Shown here piece after piece: positions 8,950-19,036 of a stretch of DNA of 64,000 bases. This DNA is from Euryarchaeota archaeon UBA486 (lineage in GTDB: Archaea; Thermoplasmatota; Poseidoniia; Poseidoniales; Poseidoniaceae). The notes below the pieces were generated by a model. It was given only the letters and a program-made list of their open reading frames with translations. It had not been told where the DNA came from and ran no database searches. The first letter of the stretch is position 1. Every line of letters begins with the position of its first letter. The DNA lies in contig DAET01000046.1 in NCBI GenBank assembly GCA_002497765.1, positions 88,988-152,987 on the forward strand. Direction: 5' to 3'. Position numbers and translations under genes: made by a program.

Positions 8950-9903
8950 TTGGAGTGGATGAGGGACATGGGATTCGCAAGGACCGCTGTCGGGGTGTTG
9001 TTCATCTCGGTGCTCGTGTTCTATTTGTCCACCGTTGGCCAATTGACCGATGAAGCCAAATGGGGTTTTGTCGGTGCCATGGCCGTGCTTGCCTTCATTT
9101 GGATCAATCTCGGTGGACAGGCCAAACCCGCTCAGCGGGCTCGCCGTCCGGCACCAGCTCCTGCTGCCGTCGTTGAGACCGAAACCGTCACACCTGTTAC
9201 GGAAGAAACAGCAGAGGATGAAGACCTCCCTGCCCCCGTCACTGTCTCTTCGTTGGACGGTGCCACATTGAGGGAGCGGAAACTCGCCAAGATCGCCGCC
9301 GCAGAAGCAGCCGCTCAAGCCGCTGCCAACGAAGCTGAGGAAGCTGACATCGAGGAGGTCGTCGTTGAAGTTGAACTCGAAGACGTTCACGTCGCTGATG
9401 AATTCGTGGTTGATGTCAGCCCCGAGTCTGTGGAGGACGCCGACATTGAAGTCACGGTCCGAGACCGCCGAGAACGCCATGAAGCGATTCGCGAGCGCAT
9501 CAAACGCCGTCGAATGGGCCAAATGGCTGACATTCGAGCCTCGACCGCCCGGATGTGGGAAGACCACGCCTCGGGTGAAGACCTGGTGGCGTTGCTCCAA
9601 ACGCCAGGGCACGGCCACAGCGTGCTGGTGGAACCCGAACACCCCGCACCCGGTCACGTCTACGGTGCAACCTTTGTTCGCATCGATGAGGGACGCATCC
9701 TCAAACTTCGCCTTCCACTTGATGTGGGCTTTGAATCCGTCGGGCCGGCCACACCCGCACAACCTGAACTCCCCGTGCTGATCGGACCAGACGGCCAAGA
9801 ACTTCCGCCTTTGCTCTCCCCAGACGCTACGCCGCTTGCCCTTCCGCCCCTTCCTGCGGCCAGCAGTGCCCTCGATGCGCTGCGTAAAGAAATGGAAGAT
9901 TGA
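8950..9903 (+). CDS. Membrane protein with two N-terminal TM helices and a long acidic/Ala-Pro-rich low-complexity cytoplasmic region (hypothetical)
   Basis: TM helices AVGVLFISVLVFYL and GFVGAMAVLAFIWINL; acidic repeats …EETAEDEDLPAP…EAEEADIEEVVVEVELEDV…. Confidence 0.45.
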   Translation: MEWMRDMGFARTAVGVLFISVLVFYLSTVGQLTDEAKWGFVGAMAVLAFIWINLGGQAKPAQRARRPAPAPAAVVETETVTPVTEETAEDEDLPAPVTVSSLDGATLRERKLAKIAAAEAAAQAAANEAEEADIEEVVVEVELEDVHVADEFVVDVSPESVEDADIEVTVRDRRERHEAIRERIKRRRMGQMADIRASTARMWEDHASGEDLVALLQTPGHGHSVLVEPEHPAPGHVYGATFVRIDEGRILKLRLPLDVGFESVGPATPAQPELPVLIGPDGQELPPLLSPDATPLALPPLPAASSALDALRKEMED

Positions 9904-10179
9904 TGCCGCCCCGCCTCCCGATGGGTGTCGCTCCTCCTACCTCGTCACCGAGACGTCCTCTTTCGCATAGTGTTATTCTGTGTCATTTCGCTTGGGCCCC
10001 CCATCGTCCTCTTTAAATAGGGTGGAGGGGTATTGTAAATGCTGGAGGAACCTCAGATGCCCCCCGATACCCAACCAACCTGCGAGTAGATTGCGCCTGA
10101 ATTGCGGAAGCGCCGGCGGACTTTGTCCGTTCAGCGAGCGCTTCTGCGCAGATAAAAGGCAAAAAGCAGGTGAAAAGAC

Positions 10180-10623
10180 ATGGGTAAGTACAACAACAAA
10201 AGGGCACGTAAATTTAGACCAAACCAGCAGATGCGTCGCAACCCCAAGACGGGGAAGGTCGAGAAGTTTGAGGGGAAGAGGGGTTCACAGCCTTCACAAC
10301 CTCCTCAAGATTCAACCAAGACGTTGGATGACGAGCAACTGACACAGAGCCAGAAAGAGAGGATCATGCATCCCTCCACGGGCTTCGTTCCACAGAAGCG
10401 TCAACCAAGGTTCCGACCGTGCGTCTGCGAGGGCATCGACCTCGAACTGAACAACCAGCGTTTGCTCGACCTCCTCAAGCGGGAGAAGCGAGCCTACGAC
10501 GATGAAACCGGTACCTACAGGGTGCTGGTCATCTCCCCTCGGTTCCGTCGAGACCACGCACGACACATGCGGCACTTCCGGACATTCCTCCGGGAGGAAA
10601 ACATCAGGTTTGTTGAGGTCTGA
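10180..10623 (+). CDS. Small basic protein (hypothetical, Lys/Arg-rich N-terminus, CxC motif)
   Basis: MGKYNNKRARKFRPNQQMRRNPKTGK…; no family recognised. TATA-like TTTAAATA at ~10012 gives a ~140-nt leader. Confidence 0.4.
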   Translation: MGKYNNKRARKFRPNQQMRRNPKTGKVEKFEGKRGSQPSQPPQDSTKTLDDEQLTQSQKERIMHPSTGFVPQKRQPRFRPCVCEGIDLELNNQRLLDLLKREKRAYDDETGTYRVLVISPRFRRDHARHMRHFRTFLREENIRFVEV

Positions 10624-10728
10624 ATTGAGCCAGCAAGACCGTGGCCGGGCACACTCCCGGACAAGAGGGGGGCAATCGCGCCCCCTCACTCTTGCCGACA
10701 GGCTCGACGGCGAGTCTGCGCCGCTTCC

Positions 10729-11619
10729 TCATCGGTGCTTCCAAACCGCTGTTTCACGGTTCATGAAGGCCTGGACACCGATTTCCTTGTCTTCACTGTC
10801 AAACAGACCGGCGAAGGCGATGGCTTCGATTTCCACACCGTCGGTGAGACCTTCGTCAAGGGCAGCGCGCACCGTGGCCTTGCCGACACGCAGAGCGAGC
10901 GAGGATTTGCTACCAATTCGACGGGCCATGGCCATGACGGTGGATTCCAATTCCTCCGGTGTGACCACGTGGTTGACCAGCCCGATGCGCTGCGCCTCAT
11001 CGGCTGGCACCATGTCGCCGGTCATGATCATCTCGTGGGCCTTGCCGTAACCGACCAAACGCTCCAACCGTTGAGTGGCGCCGTAGCCCGGAATGAGGCC
11101 GAGGTTAATTTCAGGCGTGCCAAAGGTGGAGCGGTCGCTGGCGATGCGAATGTCGCACGAACACGCCACCTCGCATCCACCGCCCAGAGCAAAACCGTCA
11201 ACCATGGCGATGGTGGGCTTGCTGAGGTTCCACAGCGCTTCAACGGCGTTGTTCTTGAATCGCTCTCGGATGACTTGGCTGCCCGCACCAGCAAACTCGG
11301 TGATGTCGGCGCCTGCGACGAAGGCATGCGGCTTGGCTCGCTTCCCTTCGGGAGGTGCGTTGGGCGACGCGCCGGTGACCACCAGGACGCGCACGTCATC
11401 GGTGGCCTCCATCCAATCGCAAACGGCCTTGAGGGAGGCCAAGACCTCGTCGTTGAGAGCGTTCAGTTTGTCCGGTCGGTCAATGGTCATGCAGGCGATG
11501 AAACCGAGGTTGTCTTCATCGCTGATGGCGTGCAGGTCAACCTTCATCACGTCGCTTTGTGGGGGGTTCATGGCGCCACTGAAGGCTCCCCTCTTCTTGA
11601 TGTCATCGCCATGCTTCAA
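10729..11619 (-). CDS. Enoyl-CoA hydratase/isomerase (crotonase) family
   Basis: …VVTGASPNAPPEGKRAKPHAFVAGADITEF…VDGFALGGGCEVACSCDIRIAS… crotonase fold. N-terminus probably shorter than the ORF (internal Met at MNPPQ or MKVDL). Confidence 0.75.
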   Translation of the reverse strand: MKHGDDIKKRGAFSGAMNPPQSDVMKVDLHAISDEDNLGFIACMTIDRPDKLNALNDEVLASLKAVCDWMEATDDVRVLVVTGASPNAPPEGKRAKPHAFVAGADITEFAGAGSQVIRERFKNNAVEALWNLSKPTIAMVDGFALGGGCEVACSCDIRIASDRSTFGTPEINLGLIPGYGATQRLERLVGYGKAHEMIMTGDMVPADEAQRIGLVNHVVTPEELESTVMAMARRIGSKSSLALRVGKATVRAALDEGLTDGVEIEAIAFAGLFDSEDKEIGVQAFMNRETAVWKHR

Positions 11620-11665
11620 TGAAGCACAACCAAGGTATGATAATTCAAAACGAAATCAACGGTCT

Positions 11666-12451
11666 ATGGCTGGGGACAAAGAACCGATGGTCAGCGCCGT
11701 GGATATGGCGAAGAAATACGGTGATTTCATCGCCCTTCATCCACTCAATGTGGAAGTTCATGCTGGTGAATTCTTTGGCGTGTTTGGACCCAACGGCGCC
11801 GGAAAATCCACTTTCATCAAGCTCTTGACCGGGCAACTCCGGCCGAGCAAAGGGCGCATTGAGGTGCTCGGCGTGGACGCCGTGAATGACCCTCAGAAAG
11901 TCAAGGCCAACATTGGCATCGTACCCGAGTCGGAATCACCACCCTCGTTCCTGACGCCGGCTGAATTCCTCGAGTTCGTGGCTCGTCTACGTGGCGTTGA
12001 GAACATGAAGGCCAAGGTTGAGCACTGGCTCGAATGGTTTGGCCTCCAAGACAAGCGAGACACCATGTGCAAGGACCTCTCCAAGGGTCAGCGCCAGAAG
12101 GTGATGCTCGCCAGCGCGTTCATCCACAAGCCGAAACTCTTGTTCCTCGACGAACCGTTCGCTAACCTTGACCCAATTTACCAGCGGAAATGCCGGGAGT
12201 GGCTGCTGGAGCATGTGGCTGATGGAGGCACGATTTTCCTCTGCTCGCACGTGCTTGAAATGGCTGAACGCATGTGCAACAGAATGGCGATCATCAACGA
12301 CGGAAAAGTCCTTGCAGCGGGGACGGTTAAAGGGCTCAAACAATCGGAAGAGGAGACCTTGGAAGACGTCTTCATTCGTTTGGTCGGTCGTTCCATCGAG
12401 GACGTTGAACGCCTCAGCGATGAAGGGGTCACGGACGATTCGGAGGAATGA
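11666..12451 (+). CDS. ABC transporter ATP-binding protein
   Basis: Walker A GPNGAGKST, signature LSKGQRQK, Walker B LLFLDEPFANLD. Start at ATG 11666 (MAGDKEPM); the long upstream extension of ORF 11093.. is antisense to the crotonase gene and discarded. Confidence 0.8.
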   Translation: MAGDKEPMVSAVDMAKKYGDFIALHPLNVEVHAGEFFGVFGPNGAGKSTFIKLLTGQLRPSKGRIEVLGVDAVNDPQKVKANIGIVPESESPPSFLTPAEFLEFVARLRGVENMKAKVEHWLEWFGLQDKRDTMCKDLSKGQRQKVMLASAFIHKPKLLFLDEPFANLDPIYQRKCREWLLEHVADGGTIFLCSHVLEMAERMCNRMAIINDGKVLAAGTVKGLKQSEEETLEDVFIRLVGRSIEDVERLSDEGVTDDSEE

Positions 12452-14145
12452 ACGTGGCCGGGACCTTCGTCGAATCGCGTCCGTGGACGGACGAAGATTT
12501 CAGCGAGCCGGGCCCGCTTGGGACGTCCTCTCACGGCGTCACGTTGAACGAACCGCTTCGAGGTTGGGCTTCGTTTTCCGCCACCTTTCGTGTGATGTTC
12601 ATTGAGGAAGGTCGCAAGAGCGTTGAATTCGCAAAAAAGCGCCAGATGGTGCTCTTTCCGCTGTTGCTGACGCTGGTCACCGCCATTTCGACCATTGGCC
12701 TACAGTTTTTGGTGGGCGATTCCACCGCACAAACCTCGGACATTGATGCCAAGACCTTCACCTGGCAGGAACTCCGCTTTGCTCTCCACCTGCCGATGTT
12801 CATGTTCTCCTTGGGCATGGGCACCTTTGCGTTCATGGGCCGTGATGCCATCGTTCGACGAACGGGTACCAAGAATTTCCTTCTGGCTGCACCTGCGCTT
12901 CAACCGCTCCCCAATTCCATGGCGCATTTCGCCTACTTCGTCAAGGACTTGCTGTTCTACGTGATGCTGATTCTCTCCCCCATCATCGCCGGTATGGCGC
13001 TGGGCATCCTCCTTGACGGGTTTGCTGGTATCCGAACACCGCTGTTGTGGAGTTCGCTCCCGTGGACATGGTTGGCCATGGCCACGACGCTGGGTCAAGG
13101 CCTGGCGCTCTCGTTCCTGGCTTCGTCGCTGTGGCTCCGTGGACGGCCGTTCACCGTGGTTGGGCCGTTGGCGATCGTGGCCGTTGGTATCGCTGTGGGC
13201 GTGGGTGTGTTGCCCGCCGATGTCCTGCTTTGGGGCCTGGCAGCTCAGTCAAGTCAGAGCGGCCTTGCGATTCTTCTGGGGTTGCTTCTTTCGCTGGGCA
13301 TCGGATTGATTGCTTCGCTGCTCATCCTCGACGACTTTGACGTGAGTGTGGTTGAGCGGGGTGATTTGCTGGCACCGACCTACGCCCGCCTCGGTTTCCT
13401 TGGCCGCGGTCACATCCGCCTCATCGTGGCGAAGGAATTTGTTGACCTGTTTCGGTCGGGAGCCATCAAGAAGATGACCGTGTCCTACGCCATTCCCCTC
13501 CTCGTGTTGTTGGGCATGGCGTGGCTGGTGGACTTTGCTGAGGCTCCCATTCCCATCAACCTGCTCTCCTACGCCCCGTTCCTCGGGTTCTTCGGGTTCA
13601 ATTTCTACTCGTGGTTGACCATCCTTGACTCCCCAGATTTCATGAACGGGTTGCCGCTGAAAGTTCCCGATTTGATTCGGGCGAAAGTGGTGGTGTATTT
13701 CCTCGCTACGTCTTGGATTTCGCTGATTTTCATCGTCTTGATGGCGTGGCGACTGGACGAATGGGCTTCGTTGCCCACCAGCATCATCGTGATGTTTGCC
13801 AACTCGGTCTACATCGTTGCGCTCACGGCCTTCTTGATGGGCTTGCGACCCAACAAAGCCATTTTCGACGCTTCGATCATGGTTTGGTTTTGGATCGGAA
13901 CCGTCCTGCCCCTGCTGGGCCTCTTCCTGCTCTCGTTCACGCAAGGCGATGTGAGCCTCTACGGTAACTGGTGGGAGCGAGCGAGTCAAGACGGGTTAGC
14001 GGCCACCGCTCAAATGTACGATGAAACCATGGTCCAACAGGGTTACATGGGCATGATCGCCATCTCCATCGGCCTCATCTTCGCTTCGGCCTTGCTTTGG
14101 AAATTGATGGACACCCGTTGGGGGCGTTCCGAGTTCTCAAATTGA
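12448..14145 (+). CDS. Polytopic membrane protein, probable permease partner of the upstream ABC ATPase (>=10 TM)
   Basis: ATGA start/stop overlap with the ABC ATPase gene; hydrophobic helices throughout the 565 aa. Confidence 0.55.
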   Translation: MNVAGTFVESRPWTDEDFSEPGPLGTSSHGVTLNEPLRGWASFSATFRVMFIEEGRKSVEFAKKRQMVLFPLLLTLVTAISTIGLQFLVGDSTAQTSDIDAKTFTWQELRFALHLPMFMFSLGMGTFAFMGRDAIVRRTGTKNFLLAAPALQPLPNSMAHFAYFVKDLLFYVMLILSPIIAGMALGILLDGFAGIRTPLLWSSLPWTWLAMATTLGQGLALSFLASSLWLRGRPFTVVGPLAIVAVGIAVGVGVLPADVLLWGLAAQSSQSGLAILLGLLLSLGIGLIASLLILDDFDVSVVERGDLLAPTYARLGFLGRGHIRLIVAKEFVDLFRSGAIKKMTVSYAIPLLVLLGMAWLVDFAEAPIPINLLSYAPFLGFFGFNFYSWLTILDSPDFMNGLPLKVPDLIRAKVVVYFLATSWISLIFIVLMAWRLDEWASLPTSIIVMFANSVYIVALTAFLMGLRPNKAIFDASIMVWFWIGTVLPLLGLFLLSFTQGDVSLYGNWWERASQDGLAATAQMYDETMVQQGYMGMIAISIGLIFASALLWKLMDTRWGRSEFSN

Positions 14146-14201
14146 GCCTCAACGCTGTCTCGGGAGGTAGGTTCTTGAGCGGTAGGCGACGGCCGTGAAC
14201 C

Positions 14202-14756
14202 ATGGGTCAAGTCGTGGCGGTGTGCGGCATGCCTGGCTCAGGCAAAGGTGAATTCGCTGCCGTTCTCGCTGAAGCCGGCGTGCCGGTTGTTTCCATGGGC
14301 GACATGATTCGAGCCGAGGTGCGCCGCCTCGGGCTTGATGAAGCCCCGCACGTGTTTGGTGAGGTGGCGGCCTCGCTGCGAGCCGCTCACGGCGAGGACG
14401 TGTTGGCGGTGCGCCTGTGCGACCGGGTGGACGAACTGCTCGTCGACCATCCGTTGGTGCTCATCGAAGGTCTGCGAGGAACGGCGGAAGACACCGTGTT
14501 CGCCGCCAGGTGGGGCGCCATCTACCGGACGGTGGCCATCATCGCTGATGCCGAATTGCGCTTCCAGCGAACCCTCAAACGCGGCCGGTCCGAAGACGGT
14601 GACCGAGCGGCCTTCGAAGCCCGAAATCAACGCGAACAGGGGTGGGGTCTTGATGCCCTCATCGAGGTGGCCGCTGATAAAATCCACAACGATGTTGACC
14701 TCCCTGAATTTCAGGGCCGCTGTGAAGCGTGGATGGCCGCGATTCTGAACGCCTAA
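14202..14756 (+). CDS. P-loop nucleotide/dephospho-CoA-kinase-like protein (archaeal UPF0200-like family)
   Basis: VCGMPGSGKGEF Walker A at the N-terminus; adenylate-kinase-like size (184 aa). Confidence 0.55.
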   Translation: MGQVVAVCGMPGSGKGEFAAVLAEAGVPVVSMGDMIRAEVRRLGLDEAPHVFGEVAASLRAAHGEDVLAVRLCDRVDELLVDHPLVLIEGLRGTAEDTVFAARWGAIYRTVAIIADAELRFQRTLKRGRSEDGDRAAFEARNQREQGWGLDALIEVAADKIHNDVDLPEFQGRCEAWMAAILNA

Positions 14757-14866
14757 ACCCGTGTGCCTCGACGGTAGGAAACGCGCCACAGCAGGGCGGT
14801 TTACGACCGATTTTCACCCAAGTGTTATAGTCGGGGAGATGTTGTAGCAAACTGCAATCGCGGGGG

Positions 14867-16399
14867 TTGGTGACCATGGCAAGAAAAAAAGGCGGTGGCG
14901 GTGGACGACAGCGAGCCCGACAACGAGCGCAATACGATGAGTTGGACAAGTACCCCGTGATGCCTCCTCACGCCTTTGCGCGTATCGTTCGCGACAAGCA
15001 AACGCTCAACATCATCTACCAGATCATCGAACCTCCGCTCACCAAGAAGGAACAAGAGCAACGAGACGAAATCATGGACATTTTCATTCGCTCCCTAACG
15101 GCAAACATTGAGGAGATCGACTCCAATCCCGAAGCCTACGTGCGGACGGCCATGGATAAGGTCATCAAATCCTACAGCATGAAAATCAACAAGAAATCCA
15201 AGTCGAAGCTGTTCTACTACCTCCGCCGCGACCTCATCGGCTACGGGAAAATGGACGTGCTGATGAACGACGTCAACGTTGAGGACATCTCCCTTGATGG
15301 CACCAACGTGCCTATTTTCGCTTACCATCGAAAATTCGAATCGGTGGAGACCACCTGTGTGTGGGAAACCGACGAAGAACTGGAATCCTACGTCATCAAA
15401 CTCGCTCAACGCTGTGGAAAGCACATTTCCGTCGCAGAACCCTTGCTTGACGCTACGCTGATGGACGGTTCCCGTATCGTCATGAAACTCGGGCACGAGA
15501 TCTCAACCCGTGGTTCGGCGTTCTGTATTCGACGGTTCAAGGACGACCCGTTCTCCCCCGCCGACATCGTCGCCTTCCGAACCATGTCGTCGTTGATGGT
15601 GGCCTACCTGTGGATCGCCTTCCAGAACGAAGTCCCGATGCTGTTCGTCGGTGGTACGGCGTCCGGAAAAACGACCACCCTCAACGCCATGTGCATTTTC
15701 ATCCCCTGGCAAATGAAAATCGTCTCCATTGAATCCACCCGTGAAGTCAACATTCCGCAACCCAACTGGGTTCCGGGCCTGACCCGACAAGGGTTTGGTG
15801 GTGAGAGCGACGACGGTGTGATCGGTGAGTTCGAGTTGCTCAAGGCAGCCTTACGTGAACGGCCGGAATACATCATCGTGGGTGAAATCCGTGGTGCTGA
15901 AGCCTATGTTCTGTTCCAAGCCATGGCCACCGGCCACTGCGCATATTCCACGGTTCACGCCGACTCCGTACCCTCCCTCGTTCACCGTTTGGAGAACAAA
16001 CCGATCGACATCCCTCGTGTGCTCTTGCCGGCGCTGGAAGCCTGTTCGATTCAGATTCAGACCCGTATCAACGGACGCCGTGTGCGTCGCACCAAGCAAG
16101 TGGTGGAAATCGTCGGCATCGACCCCAACTCGATGGAAGTCATCACCAACGAAGTGTTCCGCTGGGACGTGACCAACGATGATTTCATCTTCAGCGGCAA
16201 GTCCTACGTGCTGGAGAAAATCATGGTCAAGATCAACTACAGTCAGGAAGAGATGCGTCGTGAATTGCGAACCCGCAAGCGCATCTTGGAATGGATGGTG
16301 CTCAACGACATTCGCAAGGCTGACCAGGTTTCGCAAATCGTCACGGAATACTACGTCCGACCCAATGAAATTCTCGCCCGTGTGGACGGGTTGAAGTGA
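14867..16399 (+). CDS. Type IV pilus/archaellum assembly ATPase (FlaI/ArlI - TadA/CpaF family secretion ATPase)
   Basis: Walker A VGGTASGKTT, Asp box, Walker B …EYIIVGEIRGAEA…, His box …ATGHCAYSTVHAD…; N-terminal domain as in FlaI. Confidence 0.85.
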   Translation: MVTMARKKGGGGGRQRARQRAQYDELDKYPVMPPHAFARIVRDKQTLNIIYQIIEPPLTKKEQEQRDEIMDIFIRSLTANIEEIDSNPEAYVRTAMDKVIKSYSMKINKKSKSKLFYYLRRDLIGYGKMDVLMNDVNVEDISLDGTNVPIFAYHRKFESVETTCVWETDEELESYVIKLAQRCGKHISVAEPLLDATLMDGSRIVMKLGHEISTRGSAFCIRRFKDDPFSPADIVAFRTMSSLMVAYLWIAFQNEVPMLFVGGTASGKTTTLNAMCIFIPWQMKIVSIESTREVNIPQPNWVPGLTRQGFGGESDDGVIGEFELLKAALRERPEYIIVGEIRGAEAYVLFQAMATGHCAYSTVHADSVPSLVHRLENKPIDIPRVLLPALEACSIQIQTRINGRRVRRTKQVVEIVGIDPNSMEVITNEVFRWDVTNDDFIFSGKSYVLEKIMVKINYSQEEMRRELRTRKRILEWMVLNDIRKADQVSQIVTEYYVRPNEILARVDGLK

Positions 16400-16423
16400 G
16401 GCGGCCAAACAGGAGTCGATAGC

Positions 16424-17443
16424 ATGGACCTGACGGCATGGCAACGCATCTGCAATCGGCTGCTCGGGCCGTTTGTCAAAAAGCGCGCCCGCAACGACAA
16501 GGAATTGTCGGCCAACCTCGTCAAAGGGTCGATGGGCATGATGCCCGAAGTGTACCTCTCCACCGTGATCGTCACCTCGATTGCCATTGCGCTGATGTCG
16601 TGGGCCTTTGTGGCCATTTTCTTCATTCCCGACATCGGCGTCATCGCCTTTTACGAGAGCATTCAAGACGCCGCTACCAAGGACCCGTGCTTCGAATGGG
16701 AGTATTGGAACCCCGACCTTGTCGACCCTTCGCAGCCCGGCAACGGTTGTCCTGAATACGCCCTCCAGGTGTTCCCACCGGCGCTGAAGGTCATCATCGT
16801 CGCTCTCGGCGGATTGATCATCCCGTACGCCGCTTACGTCTACAACAAAGGCGGCGCTGCTCGAGAAGCAACCCGCCGTGCTGACATGATTGAGAAGTAC
16901 CTGCCCTACGCTGCCTCCTACACGGCGGCGATGTCGGCGGCCAACGCCACCCCGGCCAAGATTTTCAGGTCCCTTGCCATGAACAAGGACATCTACGGTG
17001 ACGTGGCTGACGACGCTGCGATGATCTATCGCGACATCACCCTTCTCGGCTACGACCTCATCACTGCGATGAAAATGAGTGTCGACCGGGCCGCTTCGGT
17101 GTGGTTGACAGAATTTTTCCAGGGCATGGTCGGCACCCTCACGGCCGGTGGCCAGCTCAAGCTGTTTTTCCTGAACCGCGCAGAGCACTACATGCGTGAA
17201 AACCGCACCCGTCTCGGGCAATTCCTCGAGTCGATTGCCCTGCTGGCCGAGTCCTACATTGTGGTCGCCGTCGCTATGCCGCTTTTCCTGATCGTCATGC
17301 TCGTCATCATGTTCTGGGTGTCGGGTTCAGGCGCGCAGATGAGCGAAGGCATGCTGTACGGCATCGTGTTGGGTTTCATCCCAATGATTCACATCGCCTA
17401 CGCCATTCTCGTGTGGACCAGCAGCAAGGAGCAAGAAATGTGA
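16424..17443 (+). CDS. Pilus platform membrane protein, TadB/FlaJ-like (single T2SS-F domain)
   Basis: …AMIYRDITLLGYDLITAMKMSVDRAA… T2SS-F-like cytoplasmic domain flanked by TM helices. Immediately downstream of the ATPase. Confidence 0.7.
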   Translation: MDLTAWQRICNRLLGPFVKKRARNDKELSANLVKGSMGMMPEVYLSTVIVTSIAIALMSWAFVAIFFIPDIGVIAFYESIQDAATKDPCFEWEYWNPDLVDPSQPGNGCPEYALQVFPPALKVIIVALGGLIIPYAAYVYNKGGAAREATRRADMIEKYLPYAASYTAAMSAANATPAKIFRSLAMNKDIYGDVADDAAMIYRDITLLGYDLITAMKMSVDRAASVWLTEFFQGMVGTLTAGGQLKLFFLNRAEHYMRENRTRLGQFLESIALLAESYIVVAVAMPLFLIVMLVIMFWVSGSGAQMSEGMLYGIVLGFIPMIHIAYAILVWTSSKEQEM

Positions 17444-17457
17444 GGGGGTGAGGGACA

Positions 17458-19032
17458 ATGGCGCGCAAGAAGGACAAGATTGTGGTCAACCTCGACCTCC
17501 CCAAGGACGATACGACGCTAACCAAGCTCTACGTCATCTTGTTCTTCTCCATCATCCTCGGCTTGGGCAGCGGTCTGTTTTGGATCACCAACTCCGGGTT
17601 CGTCCCCACGGCCAACGGTGAACCGATGTTCACCAACCTCTACTGCGGTGCCACGGCTCAAGATGAACTTGGCAATCCAACGGGCGAATTTTTCCAAACC
17701 AACCAGAAGCCAACCTACACGGCGAACCAAACCTGTTCCATCCTCCAGGACAGCCCCGACCGCATCACGTGGGAAGATGAGGAATGGACCATGGTTACCA
17801 AGCGAGGCAAAAATTTCGACGTCCCCGGAGTTCCTGATTCCGCCACAGGCGGGACTGCCGTGCTCCAGCCGCTCTGGCTGAACTACACGGTTGAAGCCTC
17901 GGGGTCGTACGACTACACCGTCGCCATCCGGACGTCCTCCGGTGATATTCTCGAGTTCGAGAACGAAACGGCGAACTCCGGTGCACAGCAGCTCTACATG
18001 GTTACGATTCCACCGGACACGCGCTACGAACTCATCTTCATGTCCTCGCAGGAAGGCCAGTTCCTGCAAACCATCACCTTCGACATGACCGTTCACTATC
18101 AGGACGGTATCCCCACGAACATGAACAACAAATCGTTGTGGTTGGGACCTGCCTTGGAAGCAGGACCGTTGAAGGTTCACCCGACCATTTTCCTCAACTT
18201 CTTCGGTCTGACGTTCTTCTTCTTCATCTTCCCAGCCTCGTACTACTGGGAGCGCGTTGAGAACGAGAAGAACGAGGTGGAAGAGAAGTTCCCAGATTTC
18301 CTTCGAGACCTGGCTGAATACTGGAAAGGTGGTCTCTCCATGACCGTCGCCGTCCAAACCCTGGCGACATCGGAATACGGTGCTCTCAACGACGAAGTCA
18401 AGAAAATGTCCGACCAGTTGAGTTGGGGTGTCAAGTTCTCTGATGTGATTGGCCAGTTCGCTGAACGGGTCGGCACCCCGCTCGTCCGGCGTGCCATCAC
18501 GCTCATCGCCGAAGCCGACCGTGCGGGTGGGAAAATTTCGGACATTCTCGTCACGGCTGCCAACGACTCCCGTGAATTGAAGTTCCTCGAGGGTGAACGC
18601 AAACGAGCCATCGGTTCGTACATTGCGGTCATTTGGACGTCGTACTTCGTTTTCCTCGGCGTGATCGTCGTTCTGGCCAAGGTGTTTATTCCCGCTATTG
18701 CAGGTTCGAACTCCGGCGGTGAAGACGGCGGCGACAGCGGCGGTCAAACCATCGGGAACATGACCATTCGAAACATCGACCCGCTGTTCTTCCTGACGAT
18801 TTTCTACTACGGCGTGACCATGCAAGCGCTCGGTAACGGTTCCATGGCCGGCTTGATGGCCACCGGTCGTTTCTCGACCGGATTCAAGCACTCGGGAATG
18901 ATGATCGTCGTCGCCCTCGTCATCTTCAACCTCGTCGCCTTTTCGCCCGACCTCATCGGCATCACGGAAGTTCCCGGGCTGAACCCCTCCTCGGGAACCT
19001 TCGTTCCTTCCCCGCTCTACTTCGGAGGCTGA
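17458..19032 (+). CDS. Pilus platform membrane protein, TadC/FlaJ-like, with a ~200-aa extracytoplasmic insertion after TM1
   Basis: T2SS-F domain …FAERVGTPLVRRAITLIAEADRAGGKISDILVTAAND…. N-terminal TM then a Thr/Asn-rich exposed domain (NYTVEASGSYDYTV…). Confidence 0.7.
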   Translation: MARKKDKIVVNLDLPKDDTTLTKLYVILFFSIILGLGSGLFWITNSGFVPTANGEPMFTNLYCGATAQDELGNPTGEFFQTNQKPTYTANQTCSILQDSPDRITWEDEEWTMVTKRGKNFDVPGVPDSATGGTAVLQPLWLNYTVEASGSYDYTVAIRTSSGDILEFENETANSGAQQLYMVTIPPDTRYELIFMSSQEGQFLQTITFDMTVHYQDGIPTNMNNKSLWLGPALEAGPLKVHPTIFLNFFGLTFFFFIFPASYYWERVENEKNEVEEKFPDFLRDLAEYWKGGLSMTVAVQTLATSEYGALNDEVKKMSDQLSWGVKFSDVIGQFAERVGTPLVRRAITLIAEADRAGGKISDILVTAANDSRELKFLEGERKRAIGSYIAVIWTSYFVFLGVIVVLAKVFIPAIAGSNSGGEDGGDSGGQTIGNMTIRNIDPLFFLTIFYYGVTMQALGNGSMAGLMATGRFSTGFKHSGMMIVVALVIFNLVAFSPDLIGITEVPGLNPSSGTFVPSPLYFGG

Positions 19033-19036
19033 CGGC

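Noticed and set aside
10735-11622. Long + strand ORF (295 aa) and the N-terminal 190 codons of ORF 11093..12451
   Set aside because: Exact antisense shadow of the minus-strand crotonase gene in high-GC DNA; no motifs. The ABC ATPase start was set at 11666
15851-18891. Large antisense ORFs (15851..17221 -, 17518..18891 -) across the pilus ATPase and platform genes
   Set aside because: High-GC antisense artefacts; the sense-strand genes have strong family signatures
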